Positions 1 to 11,400 of a stretch of DNA of 64,000 bases are shown piece by piece. This DNA comes from Phoronis australis. Taxonomy: Eukaryota; Animalia; Phoronida. The translations under genes and the position numbers were made by a program. The notes under the pieces were generated by a model. It searched no databases. It had not been told where the DNA came from and was given only the letters and a program-made list of their open reading frames with translations. Location of the stretch: assembly GCA_002633005.1 (NCBI GenBank), contig NMRA01000320.1:2720-66719 (forward strand), written 5' to 3'. The first letter of the stretch is position 1. Every line of letters starts with the position of its first letter.

Positions 1-822
1 CGGTCATGTTTTTAGGTGCGTCAGTCCCATTTTCTGGTGCGACGGTCCCATTTGATCCCCGGAGGTCCTGTTTTGGGTGAGTCAGTCCGATTTTGAGGAC
101 CGGCGGTCATGTTGTTTCCGTCACCCGTGGACCTAGCTAAGGCAAGAATACCGTAGCTTCACCAGAGACCGTTAACGTCTTTGGTCCACTAAGGCCTCAT
201 TTATGACCTTTGATAACACTTTAGTTGTTATTCCTCAGCTTAAGTCAGGTTTTGTTCAGAAATTGTCAGTTCGCACATAAAAGAAAGTGGGACAAACTAT
301 TCCCGCCTGGTTTCATAACATAAAACTTTGATCACGAAATCAAAAATTGAATAGTTATTTTCGATAACGTTTTGTGTATTCGTTCACCATAATGCTGAGT
401 TAACTTGTGAACAATACGATTTCGTTTTGTAAAGATTGCACCACAGTTCAAATGTTCTGCGCGACATCACCACCTGTGCACTCAAGTTACTCAATGAGTC
501 ATGCATGGGAGTTCTGCAGTTACTTGTCAGTCTCCCTGATATAATTAAAGTGTCAATTTAAAACCACTTTTGTTTTGTTGTAGACAACCGGGATTTGAAA
601 AAAAATCGTAATTCGTAAAAAATATCAAAAGTACTCAAACACCACCAGCAGATCGGCCATTAGGGGGCGAACATTATTGGTACCGGGGACGTATGCAACT
701 TCCTGGGCGACCACCCGCAACAGCAAAACCTGTGCTCTTTGGTACATTGAAACCAAGTTTTGATAAAGCCACTTACAAAGGCCCTTTCATTTTATTCCTC
801 ACTCGGATTATACGTGATTATT

Positions 823-980
823 CAGGGGCGGATCCAGGATTTTGAGTTGGGAGGGCAGGGCAGAGCATTGGTCAGGATTTTGCCCGTCAAACATTCGCAC
901 TCCCGAACTGCCAAATGAAAATTGTGAGAATATTGGGGGGGGGCATGGCCCCCTTAGCCCCCCCTCTAAATCAGCCACTG
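823..980. mobile_element. Short hAT-like MITE (CAGGGGCGGATCC type); related copy at 4570-4741
   Basis: CAGGGGCGGATCCAGG ... AAATCAGCCACTG with internal GGGG/CCCC palindrome, shared with 4570-4741. Confidence 0.6.
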
Positions 981-2732
981 TTTTTAGGCTTGATAATTGG
1001 CAGGTCTTCATAATTGTTTCAGGCCACTAAGTTGCATGTTACGACGAATTAGTTTCAATGCAGTGACGCACATCAGGGTGTTTGTATCGAGTGTAAACTT
1101 ACGGTTACTCTAGCTCTATGAAGGAGAAGAGTTTTTGTTTGCGGTATTTGTTTGCAGAGCGTCTTCGTCGCAGAACGCCGGTAGGGAAAATAATGAGTAC
1201 GCGACGTCTTGTATGCTAGAACTCTTGTAATCATTGATATCAGCATTTTAGGCGTTCTATAAGAAGATAGAGATGGCCAGTGCGACAGATTACGCGATGA
1301 ATGTATCCTCATTTTACCTGAATTGTCGAGTCATCGTCACTTGCAAATATACCACATCACAAAAAACACGTAAGCTATTGTGGACATCTCAAGTTTCTTA
1401 ATTAACAATACACGTTTTTTGTAATGTTTCATTGTGAATTAAAAAATGTGGGTTGTTGGACAAGTGTCTTGTTGCACAGCCGATTCAGAATGAGTAAAGC
1501 CGACGGCGGATTTATTTTGGTAGTGTCCAATGGGAAGGGTACTATACGATAAACCTACTTAATGGGTTGTAGTGCTTGAACGGAAAGGAATAGTATTGAC
1601 CTTTGCGTTCATTTATCTTTGCGATCCGAGGGTCTCTTTTATACTAATATCAGAAGACAAGTGACGAAAGTTTTCCATGTTGTCTGCGATATGAAAATTA
1701 GAAATTCTGAACTATGGACATTTTAATCGAGCTCGATGGGGGCAAACTATCGGATTTCTCTTAGCCGCCAGGGGTCTTGCTAATTAAGAATTAGCAAAAT
1801 TCTCGCTTTCGTGTAGGTAGATAAATACATTGCATGAAACACCAGGCACTCCTGAGTTGAGTACAAAGTGATGTACACATCGCTAAATTACACCTTAGTG
1901 TTAATTTCTTGATTGCAGCATTGTAAAACAAAGTGAAGTAACACAAGTTTGCCTGCATTGATATGAATATATAAGGTTGGCCTGGAAACAATTTCATATG
2001 AAAACAGGACAAGTGCATGTGTTTCATTCACACGCGTGTGTAGTTGAATATTTTACAATGAGTATGGTGCTCTGCTACAAGAATGTTTAGCGTGGCGTCT
2101 TTTTGACGTCATTATGACGGTTTGGACCCAGTGTGACGGGATAGTCTATTCTTATTTCCGGGTCCAAATGGTCATCTACTGACATGACATGCCACCACCA
2201 AACAAGCGAATATTTCAGGACAACCTGTGGAATTTTCGTTTCGTATAGCCTTTTAATTTATTTGTTTATCTCTTCGTCAGGTAACTCACCAATGAGCAAT
2301 TCGTATACTTTGACGCAAACAGCTTTCGATTCTCCTAAAATCTGAAGTGCAAACGTTCTTATTCCCGTGTTCTTGTTCCGGTTCTTGGATACACTCTCTC
2401 CAGGCCATGTTGTCATTGTATAACATGGGAAGGTATCAAAAACAAAAATACTTGAAACAAATGAAAAATAAATGTCACTTTCAATATATCGCAATTAGTA
2501 TTGACAGGTCGGGTATATTTGGATGTCAGTGATAACATATGTGACACATGACCAGATTTGGACCCACACATAGAAACAGAAATCCACAGGTACATCACAT
2601 TTTCAAAAAAATTGCAGCTCTTGGAATTTTTCTCATTCAGGTAACCACGGGAGCAAGGAGCTTTAAATGTTCACAGAGGGATTAGGCTGTGTGCTCAGAC
2701 AGTGGGAGTTCAGAAGGAATAGGATTGACCAG

Positions 2733-2997
2733 GGGCCTGTTCCAAGAAAACTGACTTAGCTAAGGCAATTCTTAAATTTGTGTCAAATTTAAGATAAAAC
2801 TTCAATTTGTATTATTAAGTTCGTTCCAAAAAACTGAGTGATCTAGGTTTATCGGGTAACTTAACTGAGTTTTTGACTTAAGTTTGTCGTTTGATTCACT
2901 TACCTGATGTGAAAGTTTCAAAGTTTGAAAGTTGAGACAAATCTTAGAGTTGAGTTAAGTCGAAAATGAATTTAAGTCAATTTCTTGGAACGGGCCC
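2733..2997. mobile_element. Harbinger-type MITE
   Basis: TIRs GGGCCTGTTCCAAGAAAACTGACTTA / TAAGTCAATTTCTTGGAACGGGCCC flanked by CAG...CAG. Confidence 0.8.
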
Positions 2998-3289
2998 CAG
3001 GTCCACGACCAGGTAATACTTTTTGAAATGGTTAACAATTAACAACGGTACATAACTGAGACATAATTATTTTTGTTCCTAATTTTGGCGCCCATTAAAT
3101 TGCGTAAGGAAAAATGCCAAGAAACGGGTTGAAGTTATGTAGTCCGCAAATATGCTATTCTAGTAATCTGCAGCAGTCTTTGTGAAAAACGTTTTGCTAT
3201 GACGTCCCTGTCTTATCTGTTCAAATGAGTGGCAGTTCGACGTCAGGTAGCGCTGTTTACTTTCGAGCGTTACAACACATTTTTGTTGT

Positions 3290-3442
3290 AGACATCGTTT
3301 GTTTTAACCTTGAGCATGCGCGTTGAAATCTACCAGCAGAAAGTGGAACATCAACTGTTCAAAGCGTCTGATTTTACGATTTCTGGTTTATAAAAAGCAA
3401 GACGAGTAAAGACGACAGCTGATTCTCCGGACGGGCTTTTTG
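3290..3442 (+). promoter_or_regulatory. Candidate DGCR8 promoter / non-coding first exon
   Basis: CpG-richer stretch, NRF1-like GCATGCGC at 3314-3321, strong donor TG|GTAAGA at 3443; start boundary approximate, no transcript evidence. Confidence 0.35.
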
Positions 3443-5396
3443 GTAAGATTTTTTGTGCTTTGACCACGAATTTCTTGCGAACTGGGTGAAGCAGGACACC
3501 GGGAATGGTGTTGGGAGAAAGAACAATTCCTCATGCCATGGTTTGTTGAACCTCTTTTTGTGCTGGGAGTAATATTATAGTCCTAGGTTTTGTGTAAATT
3601 TATTGAGTTTTGTGTTTCCTATGGACGGCTGAAGTGAAGCACCCGTGGAATTTCTAGTCGGGAGTGTCATACCTTGCAGTATTATATAGTGTATTGGGGA
3701 CGATCAGAAGCTGAGGACGCCTGTGGCTGTGCCTGTGAGTGTGGGGAGGACAATCAAAACTGAAAAAGTAGGTGGTTCTCCATATCTGCCTCTCTATGTA
3801 AAACCCACATCGGTAAATTACCTGATTTCAGACTTTAAAGTTAACTATAAGACAATTTGTGTTATAAATCGTTTCCTTGGTCTTTATAAGTTTGTAATCT
3901 TTTTGTCACGAATTATCGCTGATAAATAACTTTTTGTAAGTTTTTTAGCACACGATTTTCCGCCATGCTATCAGCTTTCGAAAAAGTGCCTCTTGTTCCT
4001 CCAATCCAAAAGAGCACTATACTTTCGATTACAAATATGAAATTTGGAAAGGGTGTAGTTTAAATGTGTGTGCACCTGCTCAAGTTCTTTTCTTGAAGTC
4101 AAGGCCAAGTTTTCATGGCGTGTTTTCGATCGTCCAGAAGGCCTAATTTTGATCGGTTGGGAGATTGATGTTTTTGCAGTTGCGTAATATGCCCCCAATT
4201 TTTAGATGAAGAATTTATCACTCTTTTAATTGAGAATTATTTCATTTTCAGAAATTTTGTCAAACTGCTGCGCCTTAGTTCACTAAATCGCCGCATGTCA
4301 GTGCCACGAGCAGCTTTGTTGAAGTCCAATGGTGCCGCAACTTAGCCGTTCAAAACAAAATTGTTACTAAGACTTTTTGTTGCTTAGATGATGAAATCCT
4401 TCTTGTTAAGAGTGGTTTATTTTCCCAAATGGTCTTTTGTGTACTGTCTGATATTTTTTGCCATGATACGATCTGATAGTACATAGGTGGGGCAGCACTG
4501 AAAAAAGTGGGGCTATAGCCTCCCCCAGCCCCCTATCAGGCTATGATGTGCTGCCCATGTAGTAATACTCTGGGGCAGATCCAGGATTTTTTGTTAGGAG
4601 GGGAGGGGGTGGCCAGGGCAGAGTATTAGGCAGGATTTTACTCATAAGGTATTTGCACCTTCGAACTGCCAAATGAAATCTTGGGGAGTTTTAGGGGGGA
4701 GAGGCCATGGCCCCTTGCCCCCCCTTCCAAATCCACCAATGTTATCTTTTGGTATGATGTGAAATTTCGTCCTAGCTCAGGTGTATTTATTTCTAAGCTT
4801 ATGTGTTGTCTTTGCTCTTTTCCTTTTAAGCTGTGTAATCCATTGTTTTCATCAGACATGAGGTTGATGCTCCTGTTCCATATGCTAACAACACACTTAA
4901 ACCGCAATATCTGTGCAGAAATCGATCCAAATTGTATATAATACACACCACCATGTTCGTCTCAATGAGACAAATCTTTTGATATGCAGCACATATACTT
5001 TTATTTTTTACGAAATTATGTAGAAAGGCAGATATTTTACGCATAATCGTCGCATTTCAACGGCCATTTTCTCGGTTACTGCTCACCCAATTTTTATGAT
5101 TTTTACACCATTTCATTTCTCACACCAAGGGCTTTTCAAAAATGTATGACACATGGGCATTGTAAAAAAATTAAAAACGTCCTCCCTACAGTAGACACTG
5201 GTGACTTAAAGTCGTGAATATAGGCATAAAAAGCAGCTGATTGTCATACTACCCAATTTCCGTTAGCAACTGCTCATGTGATGTCATGGACATATATCAG
5301 TCTTCACAAATATATGTGTTTTGACAATCTTATCCCTTATTTGTCTCCGTAAGCAGAGTTTTGAAACGGTCACTGATATCGCCGACCATTTTGAAT

Positions 5397-6001
5397 GAGG
5401 CCCTAAAGTTGTGACCGTTTCGTTTAGACGAAAATACACGGAAGTAAGACCACACAAATCAACTACAGTGCTTACAGTTACTCTAGACGACATAAAAACG
5501 CATTGCATTAATTGTTTATTAATTCAGTTTCAATTGAAATAAATTGTTATGTCTTTTGCACCCAACTTCGATGTGCACAGACATTTTCAATGAGGTTATC
5601 TACGTAAAACACTAAGAACCCAGCATCAGTTATCTCTCTATTTTATTGCATTGGCCTTACAAAACTTGGTCGACTGTGGGACATTTTGATACATTATTCA
5701 AGCCACCCCTGGAGCGCGTGTTACAGGAAATCTGAATGATGTTTAGTTTCGAAAATATATTCTGAAAATGCACAAAAAAGTGGATTAGTGAAATATGCTG
5801 TTTTTAAGATGCATTTGTAAAAAGAAGCCACCCACTCACTGTATTGTGAATATCAACACGTCTTGGTATTCGTTTGACGTTTGTAAGCAAACAAACACTG
5901 GAAACTTCAACGCTAGATGTCGCGTGACCGCACAGAAACAGAAATAAGTTCACAACTTTAGGGCACTCATGACTTAAGGGCACTCACGACTTTAGGACCT
6001 C
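5397..6001. mobile_element. MITE with GAGGYCCTAAAGTYGTGA TIRs and 17-bp subterminal repeats
   Basis: GAGGCCCTAAAGTTGTGA / TCACGACTTTAGGACCTC; three TCACAACTTTAGGGCAC-like repeats at 5950-6001. Confidence 0.55.
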
Positions 6002-6035
6002 TGATGGTACTATGGGGTTATTCCCTTCACTGACT

Positions 6036-6511
6036 TCAGCAAGAGTTGACAGTACCACCGTTACAGCTGGCCACAGTAGAGATGGTAGTCATCCCTTTGG
6101 CCCTCCATATGCTGAACGTTTTTCAGCAAATTATGCCTCACATTAATTAAGCCATCAAAGGCGCGTTGTTATAACTACCTTTTGCACACAGAGGGACACC
6201 TTAGAGGTCCACTGATGTCTTTAACTTTTCACAACTCAAACACATGTGGGCAACTGAACAAAGGACTGTTAGAATAGTTTGATTGTGGAGTATTTGTTTG
6301 AGCTGTGAAAAGTGAAAAAGGTAGACATCGACGTCCTCCTAAGGTATCCCTCTATGCACAAAAGGTATTTATTGCAACATGACATTGATTGCTTAATTAA
6401 TGTGAGGAACAATTCACCTAAAAGCGTCTGGGATATGGAGTGCTTATAGGATGACTACCATCTCTACTGCAGCCTGTTGAGACGGTGATATTGTCTACAG
6501 CAAGAGCTGAA
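6036..6511. repeat. Long imperfect inverted repeat (foldback, arms about 200 bp)
   Basis: CAGTAGAGATGGTAGTCATCC / GGATGACTACCATCTCTACTG, CCTCACATTAATTAAGC / GCTTAATTAATGTGAGG, CTTTTCACAACTCAAACA / TGTTTGAGCTGTGAAAAG nested symmetrically. Confidence 0.9.
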
Positions 6512-7900
6512 AAGAGGTAATCAGTCGAAGCAAATCGACCTTGGTTAATTTTTAATTTTTGCGGTCAATCCTAGTAATTTTTGCACTCTATTCCATGGTA
6601 CTTAATTGGAATTTCCCTGTTTGATATTTTTCCCCTGATAACTTTCTGAAATTCGTTCCCCCAAGTTAGAGAACTTCTTCAGATTCAAAGAATTTTTTCT
6701 CACGTTAGCATCACGAGAATTCACGCCATCGGTAGAAATTCTCCCAATTTGAGAAGCTGCTTCTGCTGCCGAACTGAGCAAAGACCGATTGAAGCGAAGA
6801 AGTTCAAGAGCCAAATCTCAAGACCTCACAATTTTAGTATTTGTATTTATGGTCTCAGATCTGGAAAACTTGTCAGTGGAACAGGCTGCAGATCTCAGCA
6901 ACAGTCCTGCTCTTAGCATCCTGAAATTTACCCTCAGCAACACTCCCTGTGGCTGTACCTGGGACTGGAATTTGTCTTCAGCTACACTCTTCCTGTGTTC
7001 TGGGTCTACCAGGGCTAGACCATCACCCTCTCCATCTGATTTGTGTACATGTTCACCTAACTGATGTCAAGCAGAGCTGTAGGAGGCTGTCTTGAGGGAA
7101 ATAACAGGGCACTTGACACTAGGAGGTCTCTGGGACAACTAGCAGGTGGCCCCTTTTCTAATAAAATGGGAGCAATACAAAGACTTCTTGTAATCATTCT
7201 CATCAATTGCTATGTGGCCGATTAGTTAAAATGCCACACCCTGCATTAGGCTCTTAATTCAGGGATCTCAGGATCTATTCCTGCTTAGACCCATAAGTAT
7301 TATACTTACTGCTTTTTCAACGCCTTTCATATTATTTAAAAGTTGTCTGAGTTACTGCATGAATGTGACTGAAGTGGGTCAGTTCAGTGGATTGCCTTTA
7401 CGGTGCCACTGTGGTTTTTGTAATGCATTGCGGGTTGGTTGTCAGCTTGTAAATAACCAATGAGGTCGCATACCTTGTGGATATGTTAACTGATTTATAG
7501 TTTATTTTAAAAGGTAGAGATTTACCATCACCGTGATTGGGTGGTGCGTGCTTTAATGATCTCTCGAGCAAAAGATTTGCTGTGTGTTTTAATTTGATGC
7601 ATTTTGAGGCTCACTTTCAGTCTTTTATTGTTGATGGTTGCTTAGCCGTTCTGGCGTCAAAAAGCAGTGAGCCTGTGCTTTCAATCCTGGTGCGCTCGAT
7701 TGACCACTCACCAGTTTTGTTTTGCGTCAGTCACCAAATTATCTGTGATATCACTAGATGTTTAAGATCCGATGAAAGAGCCACATTGCATTTGAAAAAC
7801 TACAACACAGCCGTATATGAAATGCCCTGAATTTTTTGCTTTGTCAATAACTTGTTTTACCTTTGTAGGCTCTGCAGCAACAACAAGAGGTCGGAAAGAG

Positions 7901-8002
7901 GGGTGTGCATTACTGACTGTTGGTGTAGTGGGTGATGAAGTCAATTTGACCAATACATTCATCATCTCAGCACTTAGTCGTTTAATGCATATATTGACCA
8001 GC
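7901..8002 (+). ncRNA. pri-miRNA-like hairpin in putative DGCR8 5' UTR (candidate Microprocessor substrate)
   Basis: Arms GTGTGCATTA-C-TGACTG-TT-GGTGT-AGT-GGGTGATGAA and TTCATCATCT-CA-GCACT-TAGTCG-TT-TAATGCATAT pair over about 32-35 bp with G-U wobbles on the + strand, 18-nt loop, CAGC (CNNC) at 7999. Confidence 0.6.
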
Positions 8003-8122
8003 TGTACTTCTGAACTTTGCACAGTAGTTAGACAATATACAATCTCTCTTAAAACTCACTAAGTCTTTCCCTTGCACTGTCATTTACACTAGTCTGGGGA
8101 AAGTCTTAGGTTCCAGTGCATA

Positions 8123-8482
8123 ATGCCAAAGCGTAAAAGTAGAAGGGGTTGTAGAACTACAAGCACTAGCAGCCTTGACAGTGTGGAATTGGAACCTGTG
8201 CCAACGACTGAACTTGCGTCCAATCCAACAAATGAACGATTGGCCTCGGTTGTTGACGTTGGTGGGTGTGATTCCATGGTTGTTGATGGTTGTCATAGTG
8301 ACGAGCCCGCTGTTAAAAAACCCAGATCTGCTGAGGAGACAGAGAGTAATGATGTGGTTAACGGAGGCGTGGCCGAGGAGAGTGTGGAGGATGAAGGAGA
8401 CGGGGGAGGTAACGGACCTGTACTAGAGATTGTGGATGAGAGTAAAGACAGCGATGCTTCAGAAGCCGAGTCAGATGCAGAG
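8123..8482 (+). CDS. DGCR8: DGCR8 coding exon 1 (acidic N-terminus)
   Basis: ATG at 8123, open acidic ORF, donor AG|GTAAGT at 8483 in phase 0 matching the next exon. Confidence 0.75.
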
Positions 8483-11400
8483 GTAAGTTCTAGGTACTGA
8501 TGTCATTGTTGACCATCAAGTGATTATGGTCTTCTTGGGTGGGAAAGGTGCTGATGAGCTCTGGTATGTTTTTGTATGTAACTAAAAGCCACATACCATT
8601 ATCCTTTTTTGACGCACAAGTTGAAGGAGACGTGAAACTTTTAGATGTGTACCAATTTGATTTAGACCACATACTAGTCTCCAAGTTTTGTCAGTCAAAT
8701 TAGATGGGATTTCTGGGCTTGGACGAGGCTCTCCCAGTTAGCTTGTCTATGCTACGAGCGTGGTGTTAAGTCTAAACAAACTGTAAAGTTATTTCTCGTC
8801 TCAGTAAGAAACCAGTGTTTTATAGAGGTGACTACTCTAAATCAAGTAAGTTTCTTGGTAGTAATGTAAGTGTATGGCTGTTTTAATCATTTATGTAGAT
8901 ATAGTCACATGTCGGCGCTTTCTGTCCATGAAAGATGTGTAGCAATCATTGTGTATGGTGCCATATGTGTCTGTTTTGTTGCTAAAATGTGTAATGTTCG
9001 TTTTTCTTATTTCTGGGTTAAAGTATATATTTTACAGTCATTGATTAGGTCTTAAAATCGCGGAATCTAGGCCTCTTAAGTGCTCAGTAATGACATATCT
9101 TTCCAGTAATCAAAGTTTGTTTTTGGTATATGTCCCGCACCAAATTAAACTTACTAGAGACGTCACATTGTGATGATAAAGCGGGACTGAATAAGCGTAT
9201 CTAAACAGACCCCTATGATTTGGACCACACGGGCAAATTGACCTGAAATGAATCCCGTCTTACTGGAAGATTTCCCTTTCCTGTCTGCATGAGCTTCATT
9301 TCCAGGAAAGTGATGACTATGATGAATACATGGACGCGGATGAAATAGACGCCCTTCTTGATCAAGGCATGGCTGACTACAAGAAGGCTGAGTCTGGTCC
9401 TCGGGCTCCTATTGAGAAAGAGAAAGTAGTTCTTATTGGTATGTTATATCACTATTTACCTTATTGTTTTGATCAATGAAGATGTAAGGTTTTGGTGTTT
9501 TTGTGTTGTTTGGATGATATCATATAGGGTTTGGTGTTTGAATATTTAGGCTTTCAATACTCTGCAAAGTAAGGGTTGGCAAGCCTTCATGTTTTTCAAT
9601 TTATGCAGTAGGTTATGCTATTTAATATCTGTTGTGAGGAAGTTAAAGACCAAAGACTTGTGTGTATGTAGTGTTATTATTTGGAGTTATTGTTTCTGTA
9701 TAGTGGATGTTGTACCCTGTTTCTTTAGTCAATAGCCAAAAATCACCACAATCAGACAAAATGACCTGGAATTGTTCGATGTGCCGTCATGGTGTGAAAA
9801 TTCCTTCCAGATATTTTTTACATGCGTTGTATTTCTGATGTTGGAGTCGCAGTAATGTCCTGCAGCTGAGTACTTATCAACTGGTTGTGTTTACAGAGAA
9901 AGTGAGTAATCCATTTGAGGTGCTGCCAGATGGTTGGGTACTCGTCTCCCATAACAGTGGAATGCCTGTCTACCTGCACAAAGAGTCGCGTGTGTGCACG
10001 CTGTCCAAGCCTTATTTCCTGGGTTCAGGCTCTGCAAGGGTGAGAATAATTGCATGTTTAGTAAACGTGTGTATGTGCGTTGGATTCCTCTTCATCAGAA
10101 TTGTATTAATTAAAAGTTTGGTTATACTATTATAAGCTAAGAAAACTTATCAGAACAGTATTAATTAAAACTTTGGTTATACCATTATAAGCTAAGAAAA
10201 CTCAAAGATCTCAAAATCTCTGACAATGCATTATATCGTATCCATAAACTTGGCTTTCAATGCTTTTCATTTGTGCCAAATGTTGATAAAGGGGACCGTT
10301 TTTATATTGGTATACATTTTCAAATTGGTTTAATTCCTAAGATAGTTCGAAATTTGATTGGTAGGACCCTAACCCTTCTCTGCTTACGTTCAGAGCTATG
10401 AACTGTGCATTCGCCGAATTTTGGTACTTCCTGCGGACTATTTCTGGTTTTTTACTTTTTTCAGAGATTTATTTTTGATGTTTTTGCTCACTTTCCCAAA
10501 TGGGGGGTTGGTTCGAGCCCCCCTCTGGGCGTGCGCATGAATTCAGTGACTTACAAGTAGAATACAGTACTTGTGAATTGATCACAAGTTCTAGTATTGT
10601 GTAGTGCCTTTGTACTTTAGCACTTGATGTTGTGGCTGTTTCAGAAACATGCCATACCTGTCAGTGCCATTCCATGTCTTGAGTACAAGAAGGCTGTGGA
10701 AAAGGAAAAGGAAGAACAAGAGGACAAAAAGGGTAATGTGATGGATCAACGTTGTGCGCATGGGAGCCCCAGGTTTCACGAACCTCCGTGTCGCCTTAAG
10801 GTTATGTAGTACCCTGGAAAAATGTCCAACTTTGGCCAACTTTGGAATGGAGTTTCTCAGAAATGGCTGATCAGATTCACATGAAACTTTCGTATTCTAT
10901 GCTTTATACACTGTTCTTGGATATGGTGTTAGGAATTGTTTTTTAAATGTTCCATGTTTGCATGAGTGGCAGTAATTAGCAATACACTTAATCACAAGCA
11001 CATGTGATGTTTAACGTACTGCCATATAGTCTTAAACAAGCAAGTATTGTGACTAAAAGACCATTTAAAACTGCTGTGAGTAGGGAGAGACTTAATACTT
11101 GCACCCAGTGATTGGGAGAATACTCCGCTTCAAGATTTTGAGGAACATATTCCGAAATCTTTCCACATTAAGTCCTTGAATTACAGTTTGTGTATAGGTG
11201 TTGTGTTACTACTGTTCCTATATAATAAGAAATTAAGAAACTGGGTGCAGAAAAACTCAGTGGCATTACTCATAATCCAAATCCAGTGGCTGGACTCAAA
11301 GCTACGACCTGTGATCATGAACTGATGTGCTGATTAGTGGTTGTATTGATGGATCTGACCATTGGGTCATTTCTCCACCCTGAGGAGGTGTAATGGAGAC

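Noticed and set aside
6600-7330. Possible decayed LINE ORF1 / zinc-knuckle remnant on the - strand
   Set aside because: Only a vague GH...CP pattern with stops and frameshifts; cannot be supported without a profile search.
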